From: Podarcis bocagei
Taxonomy: Eukaryota
Length of the DNA stretch: 64,000 bases
Assembly (NCBI GenBank): GCA_964188305.1
Contig: OZ076896.1
Reading direction: 5' to 3' (one strand)
In this document: piece by piece, positions 24,211 to 35,799 of the stretch
Position numbering within the stretch: the stretch's first letter is position 1
Layout: every line of letters starts with the position of its first letter
Translations under genes and position numbers: made by a program
The notes under the pieces: model-generated
Database searches by the model: none
What the model saw: only the letters and a program-made list of their open reading frames with translations
What the model was told of the DNA's origin: nothing

Positions 24211-26397
24211 CCCTTTTGGTTTTTGTTTTAAACTGCTTTTGCCAAAATGATCCATGTTCCACAACTTACTTTCTACTCAAGTTGTTTTGGTCTTAAAACT
24301 GAAATATATGCCTTCCTGGTATTTTGCAGTGAAGTATGGAAAATTCCTGTAGCCTCATAGTTTTGACTATTTAATGCACGTTACGTGGAAAACCTAGATC
24401 AATATTTGCTGTGCAATAAAAACTTAAGGATAATATATTTGCTTGGACTGCTGAGACATAGTAAAAAAGAAAATAATTTAAGTTTAAAAATCTCTTATGA
24501 AATTCAGATGAATGTATTGTTTGTTAGGGTTACAAAATTTTCCACAGTAGCACAACATAAAAGGAAATGATCATTCAAATAAATGTGGATTATACATTAT
24601 CTGTGATTTTGGTGTACCTGTGGGGTCAGGATCAGCCCAAGATATTTTGCTGCCTGAGTTGAAGGAGAAGGTACCATCCTCACCCACCTCAATTTTGTGT
24701 ACAGAAACTGACCAGATTAATCTGCTAGTTTTACATCTACACTGGCAATGGGACACAGCATCTGAGGGCAGCAGGCTAGCTGGAAGGGCACAGAGCCAGC
24801 CAAATGGCACATACAGCTCTGTCTTGCTACTGCCTGGCTCCCAGCATTTGCTTCCTGAGGCAGCTGTTTCACTCTCCCTCTACCATTCACACAATTTTCT
24901 GCTCGGTATTTTTGGCTGGTGTTTACTTGCTGCTGTTAGTGGTAGAAACATGCATGGCTATTATGTGGATTATAGGAGTTGCAAAATGGGGATACTGCTA
25001 TTTGTGTGGAAATGAAAGGGGGGAAAGCCAAACAGAGAAGAATCCCCTGTAAAAAACATGTTACCTGGTATTTTTAAAAGATCCAGTGCTTCAAGGGACA
25101 AGATGGCCATGGCTACTCTTGTCTCTACCTCCCCCAGGCCTGTCATCCATCCATCCGTAAATGTGGCAAGAAGTAGAAGCTACATCCATCTCATGTTTAG
25201 CTTCATTGTAGAATTTTAAGGCACGGGTTGAATCTGATAACCGTGTGGGAAAACAAAGCAAAGTGACATGGGATTAACACAATATTTTGCCCTGTGTGGT
25301 GTGCATGCCAGGAAAAAGAAGAGGAGGCAAAAGAGGAGTGGAAAGATTGGTATAAAACTGTGTAAAAGCACTACAGAAATTGAGGTTTTGATGTTGATCT
25401 AGAATTAGCCTAGATGTGAACATACCCATAACATTCTCCCACATACATCTCAATTATGTAGGGCTGCAGACTTGCCCTTTTTAACTTTGCAGAAAACAAT
25501 ATATTCCCTGAGTAGCCTTGTTATTCACAATGGCCTTATTTTCAATGAAAATCCTCCTCTTAAATTTCAATCCTTGCTTGGAATAAAAGAGGTGCATTTT
25601 CTTTTCAAATGTATGTATTTATATGGTGTCTCAGGTCTGTCCTTGATCTGTCAATTACTTATGACCTTAGTATTAATCATTGCATTTATCTTTAAATGAA
25701 TTCCCCTTTGACGCTACAGCACAATGTATGATTCCATGGCATCATCTTTTCTAATGTCCCTTTTATACATCATGCTGTTTGTCCTGTCCCCGTCCCCACC
25801 CCTGTCCCAAACCCTGCTGTGTGCATGTATCAAGGAATTGTTGGTTAATGCTCAGGTGGTTGTTTTGGCTGTTTCTCTGGTGCTTTGCATCATTTGATTA
25901 GTGGACTTTGCAAATAAGATATTATCTTGTTTAAATGTACCTAACATGAACTTGGGACACCAGTTGTCGTTTAATTCAATTCTAAGAATAAATGATCCAT
26001 GTGGATTTATTAAGCTATAAGATGCTTACAAAAATAAATACTGTGTTTGAAAACAGAACAGCTTTAAAACCAGCTGCTGCAATGAGGCTTGACAGATTCA
26101 CAATACTTTCAATTCACAATACTCTGTGCTTTTAACATTCACATAGAAAGGAGAAGTGTGTCAGATGCCAGTTCGCCTATCAGAGTACTGAAGTGGTAAG
26201 AAAACAACACCAGTAGGTACAGATATTCTCCCTTGTTAAGCAATGAACAGTAAAATATGTCTACTCAGAAGTAAGCCTAATAAGATCAGTGGGCCTGAGT
26301 GCCAGGTAAATTCTTGATTCACACTGACAGCCTCAACACAAGCAGAGAGTGCTGTTACGTTAAAGCTCAGCAGAGCTCAAAAAAAGCACCAATTGTG

Positions 26398-26531
26398 TGG
26401 ACTGGTGCCTTGATATGAAGGCTGTCTAAATGCCTTCTTTATTTGCATAATCATGGCAGCCCTTTTGGATGCACCACAATCACATATCATAGCAGCTGTG
26501 TGGACAGCCTTCATGTGAAGACTCTGGTTCA
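26398..26531. repeat. Imperfect inverted repeat (old MITE-like)
   Basis: atgaaggctgtc / gacagccttcat perfect 12-bp arms with looser flanking pairing. Confidence 0.6.
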
Positions 26532-27329
26532 TGCAATGGTATACTCACTGCATGAGTCTGACAGCAGCCCACATGATGTTTGCTTTCAAGCGTGCTACTG
26601 ACCAGACCTAAACCATACGTATCCTATTAGGTGAAGAGGCCCACTGCATGCTCACGGTATCTTTGCATATGTGTTCAGCAGTCAGTGTGGAGTCTTTATG
26701 AAGGAGTGGATTTGTTTTAGAATAAGTCCATCTTTTTATTTTACACAAAACAAGTTTTACTGGACTGAGTCATTAGTTGAGGCGTGCTCTATGCAGCTGT
26801 ATGTTATGTCTGCCTTACTACCTGTTATTATCAGACTGAAGATCGTTTTAGAGCTGCATGAGGGCAAATGCCTGCTTTACACTACAGCAATGAACCTCAG
26901 ATCCCTGTTATGTGTGACCATATCATGCATGTGTTAGTGAACACACATTTTTGACATATTAAACATTTAATGTGTAAGTGGACACTTTAATAGAACTGCT
27001 AACCATATGATAACACTTAATATGTAGAGGACTAATCTGTATCCTCTAGCCTTATCATAAGCCTAGTATTACCAGGCTCCCTGAATTTTCAAACAACTGT
27101 TGGAATGTAGTGGCACTGAACAACAGGAATAAAGGCAACAGCCAGCTTGCTATGTGAATCAAAATGCTTCAGTGGACGTTTAAAATTGCTATTCTATGAA
27201 ACCTACAACATATCCCCTAACGTTCAAGGTATGCATAGGCTATTTGCAGTATACTTCTAAAATATGTCTAATGTGACCCTAAGACTATGGAGAAAGAGAA
27301 AAATACAAAAGGGTTTACTAAAAGCAAAA

Positions 27330-28230
27330 ATTCTAATTGGAAAGAAATCAGCAGTAGAATATCCCTGTGACCATTCTTAGGCTGAAGTTTATTCAGTATT
27401 TTTATTAGTAATAGAAAGAGAAGTAGGGGTGTTTTGATTAAATTTGCAGCTGATACTGAGCGAGGAGGCAGTGTCAATACAAGGAAGGATCAGGAAATTA
27501 TGCAGACTGAAATAGATGATCTCATGAACTGGTGTAATAATAAAAATACAAGAAAATTCAATATGTGTAAGGTCATGCATTTGGGACTGTGGGCTCATCA
27601 AGTAGGAACAACTGGGGAAGAAAGAGATTTCAAGATACTGGGTGGTCACAAGGTAAAAGTGAACTACCAATGTGATGCTGATGCAAAGAGGAAAAAGTAA
27701 ATTCTACAAGCTTATAAGGCAAAGTCTGTTCTTGGATTTATTAGGGTAGGAAACTTTGGTAGGAACAGAAGAATTATTGGTACCCTCGTACTAGGTGCTG
27801 ATAAGACCACATCTGGAAAAATGCTTCATGTTGGTTACCCATTTAAATAAAAAATGTTCAAAATGGAATCCATGCAAAAAGCAATCAGGTTGGTTAAGTA
27901 AAATGTATTTTCTGAGTAGATGTTTCAAAGGTTTTGCCCCTTTAGCTTATAAAAAGGAGACTGGGAAGTGATATGACAGCACTATACAAATTTTGCTAGC
28001 GGAAGTAGTACAGAAAGGGAGGTGAATTTAGGTTTTAAAAACTAAGCATATAACATCACTGGCTACATATTTGAAATAAGCTTTTGTAAAAATTACAGGT
28101 CTCAACCCATGAAATAGTGTAGAACATAAGTTCACTTGGATTATGATAGGACCACTGCACTTCATATGGCAGCCATGCCTTTCGTGTAACCACTGAATTT
28201 CCAGGTGTTTAAAGAGGGCTTGAAAAATAT
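27330..28230 (+). mobile_element. Old CR1 LINE fragment (RT domain to ORF2 end)
   Basis: ORF 27434..27700 IKFAADTERGGSVNT...EIDDLMNWC...KFNMCKVMHLG matches the CR1 pattern KFADDTKLGG...DLDRL..W...KCKVMHLG; downstream decayed RPHLE-like and FK.GL-like segments. Confidence 0.88.
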
Positions 28231-28458
28231 TTTTTTTAAGGTTTCAGAAAATAACAAAGATAGGAAGCCCAAGATCCAGCATACCTGTCTGCAGATTAAC
28301 TAAAGCACATATCATTATTCATTGTCTAGCAGGTAATATTCTGAGAATCTCCTATTCCCTTTCTTGTAAAGCTATGGTGAAGATTCACGTCACCAGTAAA
28401 TGCACAAGTTGATTTCTGTGCCAGCACCTGAAATTAGACATTTTCTGCAAGAAGCCAA

Positions 28459-28545
28459 TAATGTTGTTGGACTACAACTCCCATCATCCATTAACACTGG
28501 TCATACTGGCAGGGATTTATAGCAATTATAATCCAACAACATCTA
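28459..28545. mobile_element. Short palindromic squamate repeat (MITE-like)
   Basis: atgttgttggactacaactcccatcatcc...aatccaacaacat inverted arms. Confidence 0.7.
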
Positions 28546-28562
28546 CAGAGATGTCCCTGACA

Positions 28563-28563
28563 G

Positions 28564-28625
<62 letters not shown>
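28563..28625. repeat. (GTT)n microsatellite
   Basis: Direct observation. Confidence 0.97.
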
Positions 28626-29117
28626 CCTAGTCCAATGCATCCAACTGAACTGAATTTAGTTGGATTGGCATAACCTGACATAATTGAAAATTTCAAGCAT
28701 CGTCAGGTCCTTGGAGAAATGTTTTGACATTACCACTGCAGCAAATAACTAAAATGAAGTGCATCAACCTAGGTATGTTATCTGCAGATGAAGATTTGTA
28801 TTGAAATCTTCTTTTTCTGCACAGCAGGACAAGCTTTTGTTTTACATAGCTTGTATACTCCACAACAGGGACTCATTGTCCTACAGAAACTTGTAAACTC
28901 TGCGGAAGGAGCACTTTGTCCTGCACAGTAGGCAAACACCTACTCAGGCAATCTCCAGATGTAAATTATAGCAGCTCTAATCTCAGTGCCCAATACCAAA
29001 AGAGACTGTAATACTCAGAAGAGGAGTTTGAGGAGTTTCTGGGGGGAGCAGCAGCAACAACAAAATAATTTAAATTGAATTTCTGCCCTTGTCATGAAAA
29101 AGCCCAGAAATGTTTAA

Positions 29118-29158
<41 letters not shown>
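29118..29158. repeat. (TAG)n microsatellite
   Basis: Direct observation. Confidence 0.97.
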
Positions 29159-29882
29159 ATATGAAGTGCAGCTGTTTATTATTTTGCACATTCACTAGTG
29201 ATAGCAGTTTTCTGGAAATACAAAACTAAATCATACTTAACTTTTTCCCTGCTTAAGGTTAGAATCATGGAACACACTTATTGTAGAGTAAACCCCACTG
29301 AAATCTAAATAAACATGCAAAGAATTGCACTGTAGATGTCTAATATCTCAGTATTTCCCCCCACTCCTATTAATGCTTATTTTGCTTTCCATTTTGTAGA
29401 TATTTTCCTAATTAATTTAACATTAACACATTTATTTACTATTCCAGGTTGTTAATGATGCTTTTAAAACATGAGCCTAATACTTTGCCCAATCCCACTG
29501 AAGTTAATTGCATATTTTCAACTGTCTTCAGAATAGTCATGAGTTTACTCTGGAATCCTGGGCCTAAACATGAACTCTAGCTTGTCTGCCTATGTCATTG
29601 ATATAATCTCATAAATTGTTCCACAGACAATGGCCAGTTTAGGAGCGTCCAAATGATGCACAATCAAACTGGGAAGTAGCCCCCAAACATCATAGAGATG
29701 TCACGAAAAGGGGAAAACAGAATGGGACAGAGTGGAGCACATTGTATTGTATTAAAACTATCCTATTCAGTCACACAGTAAATCTAAGATAAGCACTTGG
29801 TGATATGATTAATTCCCAGTTGTTGAGAGAATATTTGTACAGTAAGATGTTACAGTTGGCCCAACACACCTGCAGGGCCATT

Positions 29883-29883
<1 letters not shown>

Positions 29884-29935
<52 letters not shown>
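29884..29935. repeat. (AAT)n microsatellite
   Basis: Direct observation. Confidence 0.97.
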
Positions 29936-30527
29936 CTGATTCACCTCCCCCAAGAAGCATAGGCAAGTAATGCTTAGAAATACTTCTCTGTGTACACCAT
30001 TTTCTGAATTATTCCCTTCACATGCAAAAGGATGCTAAAATCTAACACTTTCAGTATTCAGGATGGCATGCACTGTCCCGCTGAACACACCATGCAAGAG
30101 AGTTAGCATCCCATGTGATTTATTCACCTTCTTTCCCCATCAGTTTGTACAGTTCTGCCAGACCAAGGCAAGAAGAACCTTGCATGCATTCTAGTGCTGC
30201 ACGTGAGGTTCTCTGGATTGGGGTCACTGCATATGACCTTCTAATTCTAGAAATGTTGCTTCTGCCCCTAGTTATCTAGCTCTGCCTGGATACAAATGGG
30301 AGGTAATGGAAACTTCTCAACCCACTAGGTTAATAATACTGCAGTTCTTTGTGCATATCTCCAGGAAAACCATTACTGTACCGGACAAACAGAAAATCAT
30401 CCATGTTACTGCCTAGACATTTAGTAATTCAGTGTGATATAATTATTGACATGTCTATTTCTATTTATTCCTACATTTCTCATTACCTTGTAGGTATGTG
30501 TGGATTTTTCCCTTTTAAGAATACCAT

Positions 30528-30618
30528 TTATTATTATTATTATTATTATTTCTTCTTCTTCTTCTTCTTCTTCTTCTTCTTCTTCTTCTTCTTCTTCTTC
30601 TTCTTCTTCTTCTTCTTC
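30528..30618. repeat. Compound (TTA)n(TTC)n microsatellite
   Basis: Direct observation. Confidence 0.97.
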
Positions 30619-31597
30619 GTAATACAGTAGTTGCTTCCCACCCACACCAGTGCTCTGGCATCTTCCTGATTCTGCATGAGTTTTCAGAAATAATTGCCAG
30701 TAGTTCAGCAAATTCATTAACTAATTCCCTTACGACTCTGTGATGCTTGTCATCCAGACCTGCTGATTTGTATATTATTATTTTCTAAGTATTCCCACAT
30801 CTGTGTATTTTTTTTCTAATCCAACAGTTATATTGACAAGGTCTCCATTGTTCATCAGTACTACTTTTCTGTATTTTTAGACTGATATTAAAACTATCTA
30901 CTATCTTACCCCTTTTAGACAAATTAAATCATTCATTAGTAGATCCACTTTGTGTTTACTATTTTTCACTTAGTATTTTAAAAATTATTGCTTGCTTTGG
31001 GTAGCATGGATCCATTTTGCATTTATTCTGCCTTCATCTTTAAATTGCCTCAGCTTTTAAAATGGCTGCCTTGCAAACTAATGATTTCCAAAGCAGTTAT
31101 TTTCTACCCTCATATATTGAAACAGTCCCCTGTGAAACTACATGAGCTCTTCATGTTCAGTGCTTCTGGTACAATTGAAAATTCTTAAGGGTAGCAAGAT
31201 TCTAGGTTGTTCTTACCTTCTCCCACTCATTGATTTTAATACACCCTCTCATTACACCATACTTCTCAGATTGCATAAATCCCATAAGGCTTATTTCTTG
31301 AAGTTGTTTTTGTGGTTTTATTCTGTTGCATTGCTCAGTGTGGCTGCACTGAATTTGAATAGTTTTTATTCACTTGGTACAAATATTTCATATTTCAGCC
31401 TCCAGTTTTGTCCTTCGGCAAAGAACTTATACTAATAGCTGCCTCTCCCAATGATTTCATTCAGTTCAGCCATGTGGTAATCAATGACTTTGATCATAGA
31501 CATCTAGCTACATTTTGTCAACCAAGCATTTCATGAAGTTCCTATATATATAAAAAGGCTAGATAGGAATTAGGAAACCTCAATTAGCTATTGCCTT

Positions 31598-31680
31598 AGG
31601 CTGCAATCCTAACTCTACTTACTAGGAGTAAGCCTCACTGAGTAAGACTTACTCCTGAGTAGACATGGTTGGGATTGAAT
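31598..31680. repeat. ~85 bp dispersed repeat (ggctgcaatcct...ggattg family)
   Basis: Related copies near 26250, 29270, 40310, 43020 and 61130. Confidence 0.65.
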
Positions 31681-31690
31681 TTTTTGTTAC

Positions 31691-32202
31691 CATAATTTTT
31701 CATAAGAAAAAAGAATGGAGGGCACTGCCAAAACTAGCCAAAAAAAGGAAAGAGAGGAGGTGAGCCTCCAGAGTCCAGCAGGTGCCAGAACAGAGGACTT
31801 TTTGTAAATGAAGTTTTTATGAGTTTGCTCCTCAGGGACAGCAGTGCAAGTTCTTCTATATCAAAAAGATGCTTTTGAAGCAATTTCGTTGTCGAAGCTT
31901 CATTTTCCCTAGAAATATGCTGCTGAAGTCCAGTGTCTTCTTAATTTTACATTAGCTGAAAAGTGGGTAGCTATATACAGATGCACTGTAATTTGATTTC
32001 CTGGTTCCTGATCCCAGAAATAATACATGCCAAAAGAATCCTGCTTTCCTACATTGATTCCCTAACTTATATTAGTATAAAGAAGCAGAGCCATGGGAGG
32101 CAGATAAAATGTTGTTCTCGTTCCTCGTCCTTTGTCCCTCAGTGGATATTTTTTTAAGCCCCATACAAAAGTCTGTGTAGAAAATGGACTGCACTTGTAT
32201 TC
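31691..32202 (-). pseudogene. Candidate exon, EYKCSPFSTQTFVWGLKKYP...
   Basis: ctttgcatag|GAA acceptor, TG|gtaaca donor; 4 stops in 170 codons. Confidence 0.3.
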
Positions 32203-33371
32203 CTATGCAAAGTTTACTATCTGGTTCACTGTGATTTTGATCACTATTTTAACACATTACTTTATTCTCTTTATTGTGAGAATAAATAATATTGTGAGAA
32301 TATTTCATTTACCATGAAATGACTTAGGCCTATTATTTCCTGCTACTACTTGGATACATGTTTTTGCCTCCTGCTCATTTCCATTTGGCAAAATTGTTAT
32401 ATAATGAGAAGATCAGATCAATGGAACATTCCATGAATGGTGGCCATAATGTTTTACTGTGAAATCCTGGAAAGATGTGCTACTCTCCCCCCCCCCCCCC
32501 CGATAGTTAACCATGAATATCTATGAGCAAAATGTGACATCTCAAATGTTATGAAGGGTCAGCATTTATACTTGACAGTATGAGAGGACTAAGATTTTAG
32601 AGCAATCCTAGTCAAGCAACAGATCATCATAATTGTAGAAACTAAAAAGTCATTGTAGCGATTGTACCACAAGGGAAATTGTTCATCCATCAGTAAGATT
32701 GTTACAAGGTAAGAGACAATGAGGAAAGGGAGTTAAAATTGCTTTAGCCCATTGAGTCATCAGTTCCCTCTAGATTCAAAAGCCTGAATTGGTTTTGGAG
32801 AGAAGTGGCATAAGAGGATTGCTACGGGAAATCTTAACAAGTTGATCATAGTCTCAGTAACACTAGCAAGTGTAAGTATGATCTCTCCTAAGGAAAAGTG
32901 TAGGTTACATATTGAAGGAGAGAGAAAAGGATGGGAGTACAATTAGCACGTGTCTTCTCTCACTTTTTTTGGTCATGTGTATTTGGAAGATGGCTGTTCA
33001 CAAAGGAAAACAGATGTGATAAATAGTGAAACATTCCCATTACTCTGCAAGTAATTTATTGTAAATGTAGGCCTATATTTACAAATGAAGGTATACTGGC
33101 TTATGAGAGAGAGATCAGTGACAACATAAAGGGATAAATGTTAGTTGTACTATGGATGTGGAAGATGTGGAAAATATTTGTGCAGAGTAGCATCCTACAG
33201 TACTAATATGTAAGATTAAAAATTGTGAATGGAGATTATTGACTACCTTTGTGTTCAGCTTAAATGCAATTAGAAGTGGGGACAATAATGTAATTGTGGC
33301 TACCTGTTTAAGAGAGCGTATAAAGTGGCCAATTGTCTTTTTGCAATTTTAGTCTATTTGCTAAAACTTAC

Positions 33372-34355
33372 AACATATGTGTGCCAGATTTATCTATGGG
33401 CAGGTGAGATATCTTTGAAAAAGTGCTATCTATCTTTTTCTTTGTGTTACAAGGAATTCTTTGTGCCCTTAATGTCCCCAGGATGTTTGCTGTGATACAA
33501 AGCCCTTTGTTTTAAAGGTGCTTGTATGTGATGGTTAATGCATTTTATAAAAGGCATCTGTGGAAGTGATATCCTTCTTTGAAGTGACCTGCCTTAAGTG
33601 TTAAGAGTGTAGGGGAATATATGTGCAAATTAGATTTGAAAAGCAAACCTCTGCGGTAGGATGTATATGCACTGTAGAAGGGTCTTTGTGTAATAGTTGC
33701 CTCTGGAAAGGGATCTCTTTATGGGAGTAGTAAGAATGTTGGTTTTGTAAGGAAGTGGCTTTGCAACTGTATGCTAGTATTACTACCATTGGTATGATCC
33801 AGCAGGGACTCAGAATATATATTTTTGTATCACTCCCATCCCAGAGACACCCAACCACCCATCAGGAAAGCTCTCCTTCAGGGTAGGCCAGGGCCATCAT
33901 GTCCTTTATTGTTGTAACTCCCANNNNNNNNNNNNNNNNNNNNNNNNNNNNNNNNNNNNNNNNNNNNNNNNNNNNNNNNNNNNNNNNNNNNNNNNNNNNN
34001 NNNNNNNNNNNNNNNNNNNNNNNNNNNNNNNNNNNNNNNNNNNNNNNNNNNNNNNNNNNNNNNNNNNNNNNNNNNNNNNNNNNNNNNNNNNNNNNCCTGG
34101 GATCTGGAGGCTTCCCAGCAGCATCTCTGCATAATTGTGTTATATAGGAAGGGCTCTGAACTCTTTCAGGGCATCTGGTTGCTGGGTATTGGGGGGGATT
34201 ATTAGATGCTGTTACTGTTTGGTTTATGAAAGAAACATGCAGGGGAGTAAAAGGTTTTGGGACTCCTTAGCCAATCAGTGTGAGAGAGGAAAAGCATATG
34301 TCAAGAACAATGATCCCAGATCCATCTCACTTTTCCAGAATACAGATTTATGGTG
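33372..34355 (-). pseudogene. Candidate large exon 3 (spans gap), TINLYSGKVRWIWDHCS*HMLFLSHTDWLRSPK...
   Basis: gctgtag|C acceptor is phase-compatible with candidate exon 2; perfect gtaagt donor after 33372; scattered stops. Confidence 0.3.
33924..34095. other. Assembly gap
   Basis: Run of N. Confidence 0.99.
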
Positions 34356-34362
34356 CTACAGC

Positions 34363-34365
<3 letters not shown>

Positions 34366-34395
<30 letters not shown>

Positions 34396-34408
34396 TGTAT
34401 GTATGTAT
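34366..34408. repeat. (TATG)n microsatellite
   Basis: Direct observation; lies in the putative short intron 2. Confidence 0.95.
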
Positions 34409-34471
34409 TAATCATAATAGATTTAATCTGTGTTTTTGCAGTTGTGGGGGACCATCACCATAACCGAATAC

Positions 34472-34605
34472 ATTTGGTTTATTAAAAGAGAGGCTTTATC
34501 TAAGTGGATATGAGTGTTTTAAGCACAAAAAAGTTGTTTCTCGGTCTGTTCACTTGATTCTTGCTTGTAGAAGAGTGAAATGCCTGGTCATACAGGAAAG
34601 TGTAC
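34472..34605 (-). pseudogene. Candidate exon 2, VHFPV*PGISLFYKQESSEQTEKQLFCA*NTHIHLDKASLLINQ
   Basis: gcttaattag|GTA acceptor read in phase 0 after exon 1; AT|gtattc donor. Confidence 0.35.
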
Positions 34606-34932
34606 CTAATTAAGCAGCTGTCTTTTGGGAACAAGAAACACTGGAGAAAAGAAGTTACGGTACTACTTCTGTTTGAAAGGCACCCCAGCTTTCCTAAAAC
34701 AAGGTCACATATACTGCTGCCTGAGAGCGCCTTGCTAATCAAGCCACTTAAGTGCTCAGCTTCCCAAGGTTCTGTTCCATCAAAAATTGGGAATATAAAC
34801 ATAATAGGATGATCAGACGACCAAAGGGCATTACTCCTACATCCTTACTCTTTGCAGACAAGATTTTTGCATGTTCAGCTTGTCAAGGATCTGCATCTTC
34901 CAAAATATCTGTTACTATGTAACTGTTGCAGG

Positions 34933-35311
34933 CATAGGCGCCGACTCCATGGGGCTTGAGGGGGCTCGAGCCCCCTCAAAAAAATTTTTGGGGGGGCTCA
35001 GCCCCCCCAATAATCTCGGGCGGGCGCCCTTCCAGCAGAGCGCCGCCGCCGTCCCCCGCCTCCTCCCCACCTGCTCCTTCGCCAGCCAGCCAGCCGCGCG
35101 CCCTAATCGGAGAGCCCCGGCCGGAAATCCCGCGAGAACAGGGGAATCCCGACTGGCCACACCTCCCAGCCAGCCAATCGGCTGGCTGGGGGGCGTGGCT
35201 TGCCCTATTTAGGGCCGGAGCCACTTTATTTGCATATTCATGAGCTTATTTATTATTCATGAGCTTTCCCGGGCCCCCCCCCCCAATATTTTTTCTAAGT
35301 CCGCGTCCCTG
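34933..35311. mobile_element. hAT-superfamily MITE, 379 bp, young and GC-rich
   Basis: Perfect 8-bp TSD gttgcagg (34925-34932, 35312-35319); imperfect TIRs cataggcgccgact / agtccgcgtccctg; CpGs retained. Confidence 0.92.
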
Positions 35312-35799
35312 GTTGCAGGTATAGGAGAGTCTCTGCACCTGCCCCTAGTAGATTAGGGTATTAGATTTAGACCAGTGTGGCATGTATCCACTAAGTCTCC
35401 CACGTTTTCTCTTAAGTTTATTTCAGAACTATTAGCTTTCAGACCTGATTTCCTCTCTATAAAATGTGAATAACTGTGTAGGTTTGTTGTAAGGGCAGTA
35501 TCTTGAACTTTAAAACAAATGAAAATGAAAATAATTAACCCCGTTGGGAATGATCTAAATGGTTGGTGGAGAAACGAAGCAGACAGGATACTTAGTACCA
35601 AACCGGAATCCTACCCCTTCTCAATGAGAGCCCTTTTCCTGTCTTAAGGCTGGTTAACAACTCCTTTCCCTTCCCTGGGGCTTAATTTGAGTCAAGAGTT
35701 CAGAAGCTCTTTTCAGTGCCAAGCTGCAGGCCTGGTGAAGCAGGGGAAGGCAGTGCCCCCCTAGCATGTGCAGAATGCTCCTCTCGCAGTTGTGAGTTG

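Noticed and set aside
11480-24880. Additional decayed hAT-like MITEs near 11480-11775, 19870-20150 and 24615-24880
   Set aside because: They look repeat-derived, but I could not establish both TIRs or TSDs.
465-34472. Frequent T at the -1 position of candidate donors, suggesting U12-type introns
   Set aside because: None has the RTATCCTT U12 signature; more likely some donors are mis-assigned or decayed. This counts as a weakness of the exon model.
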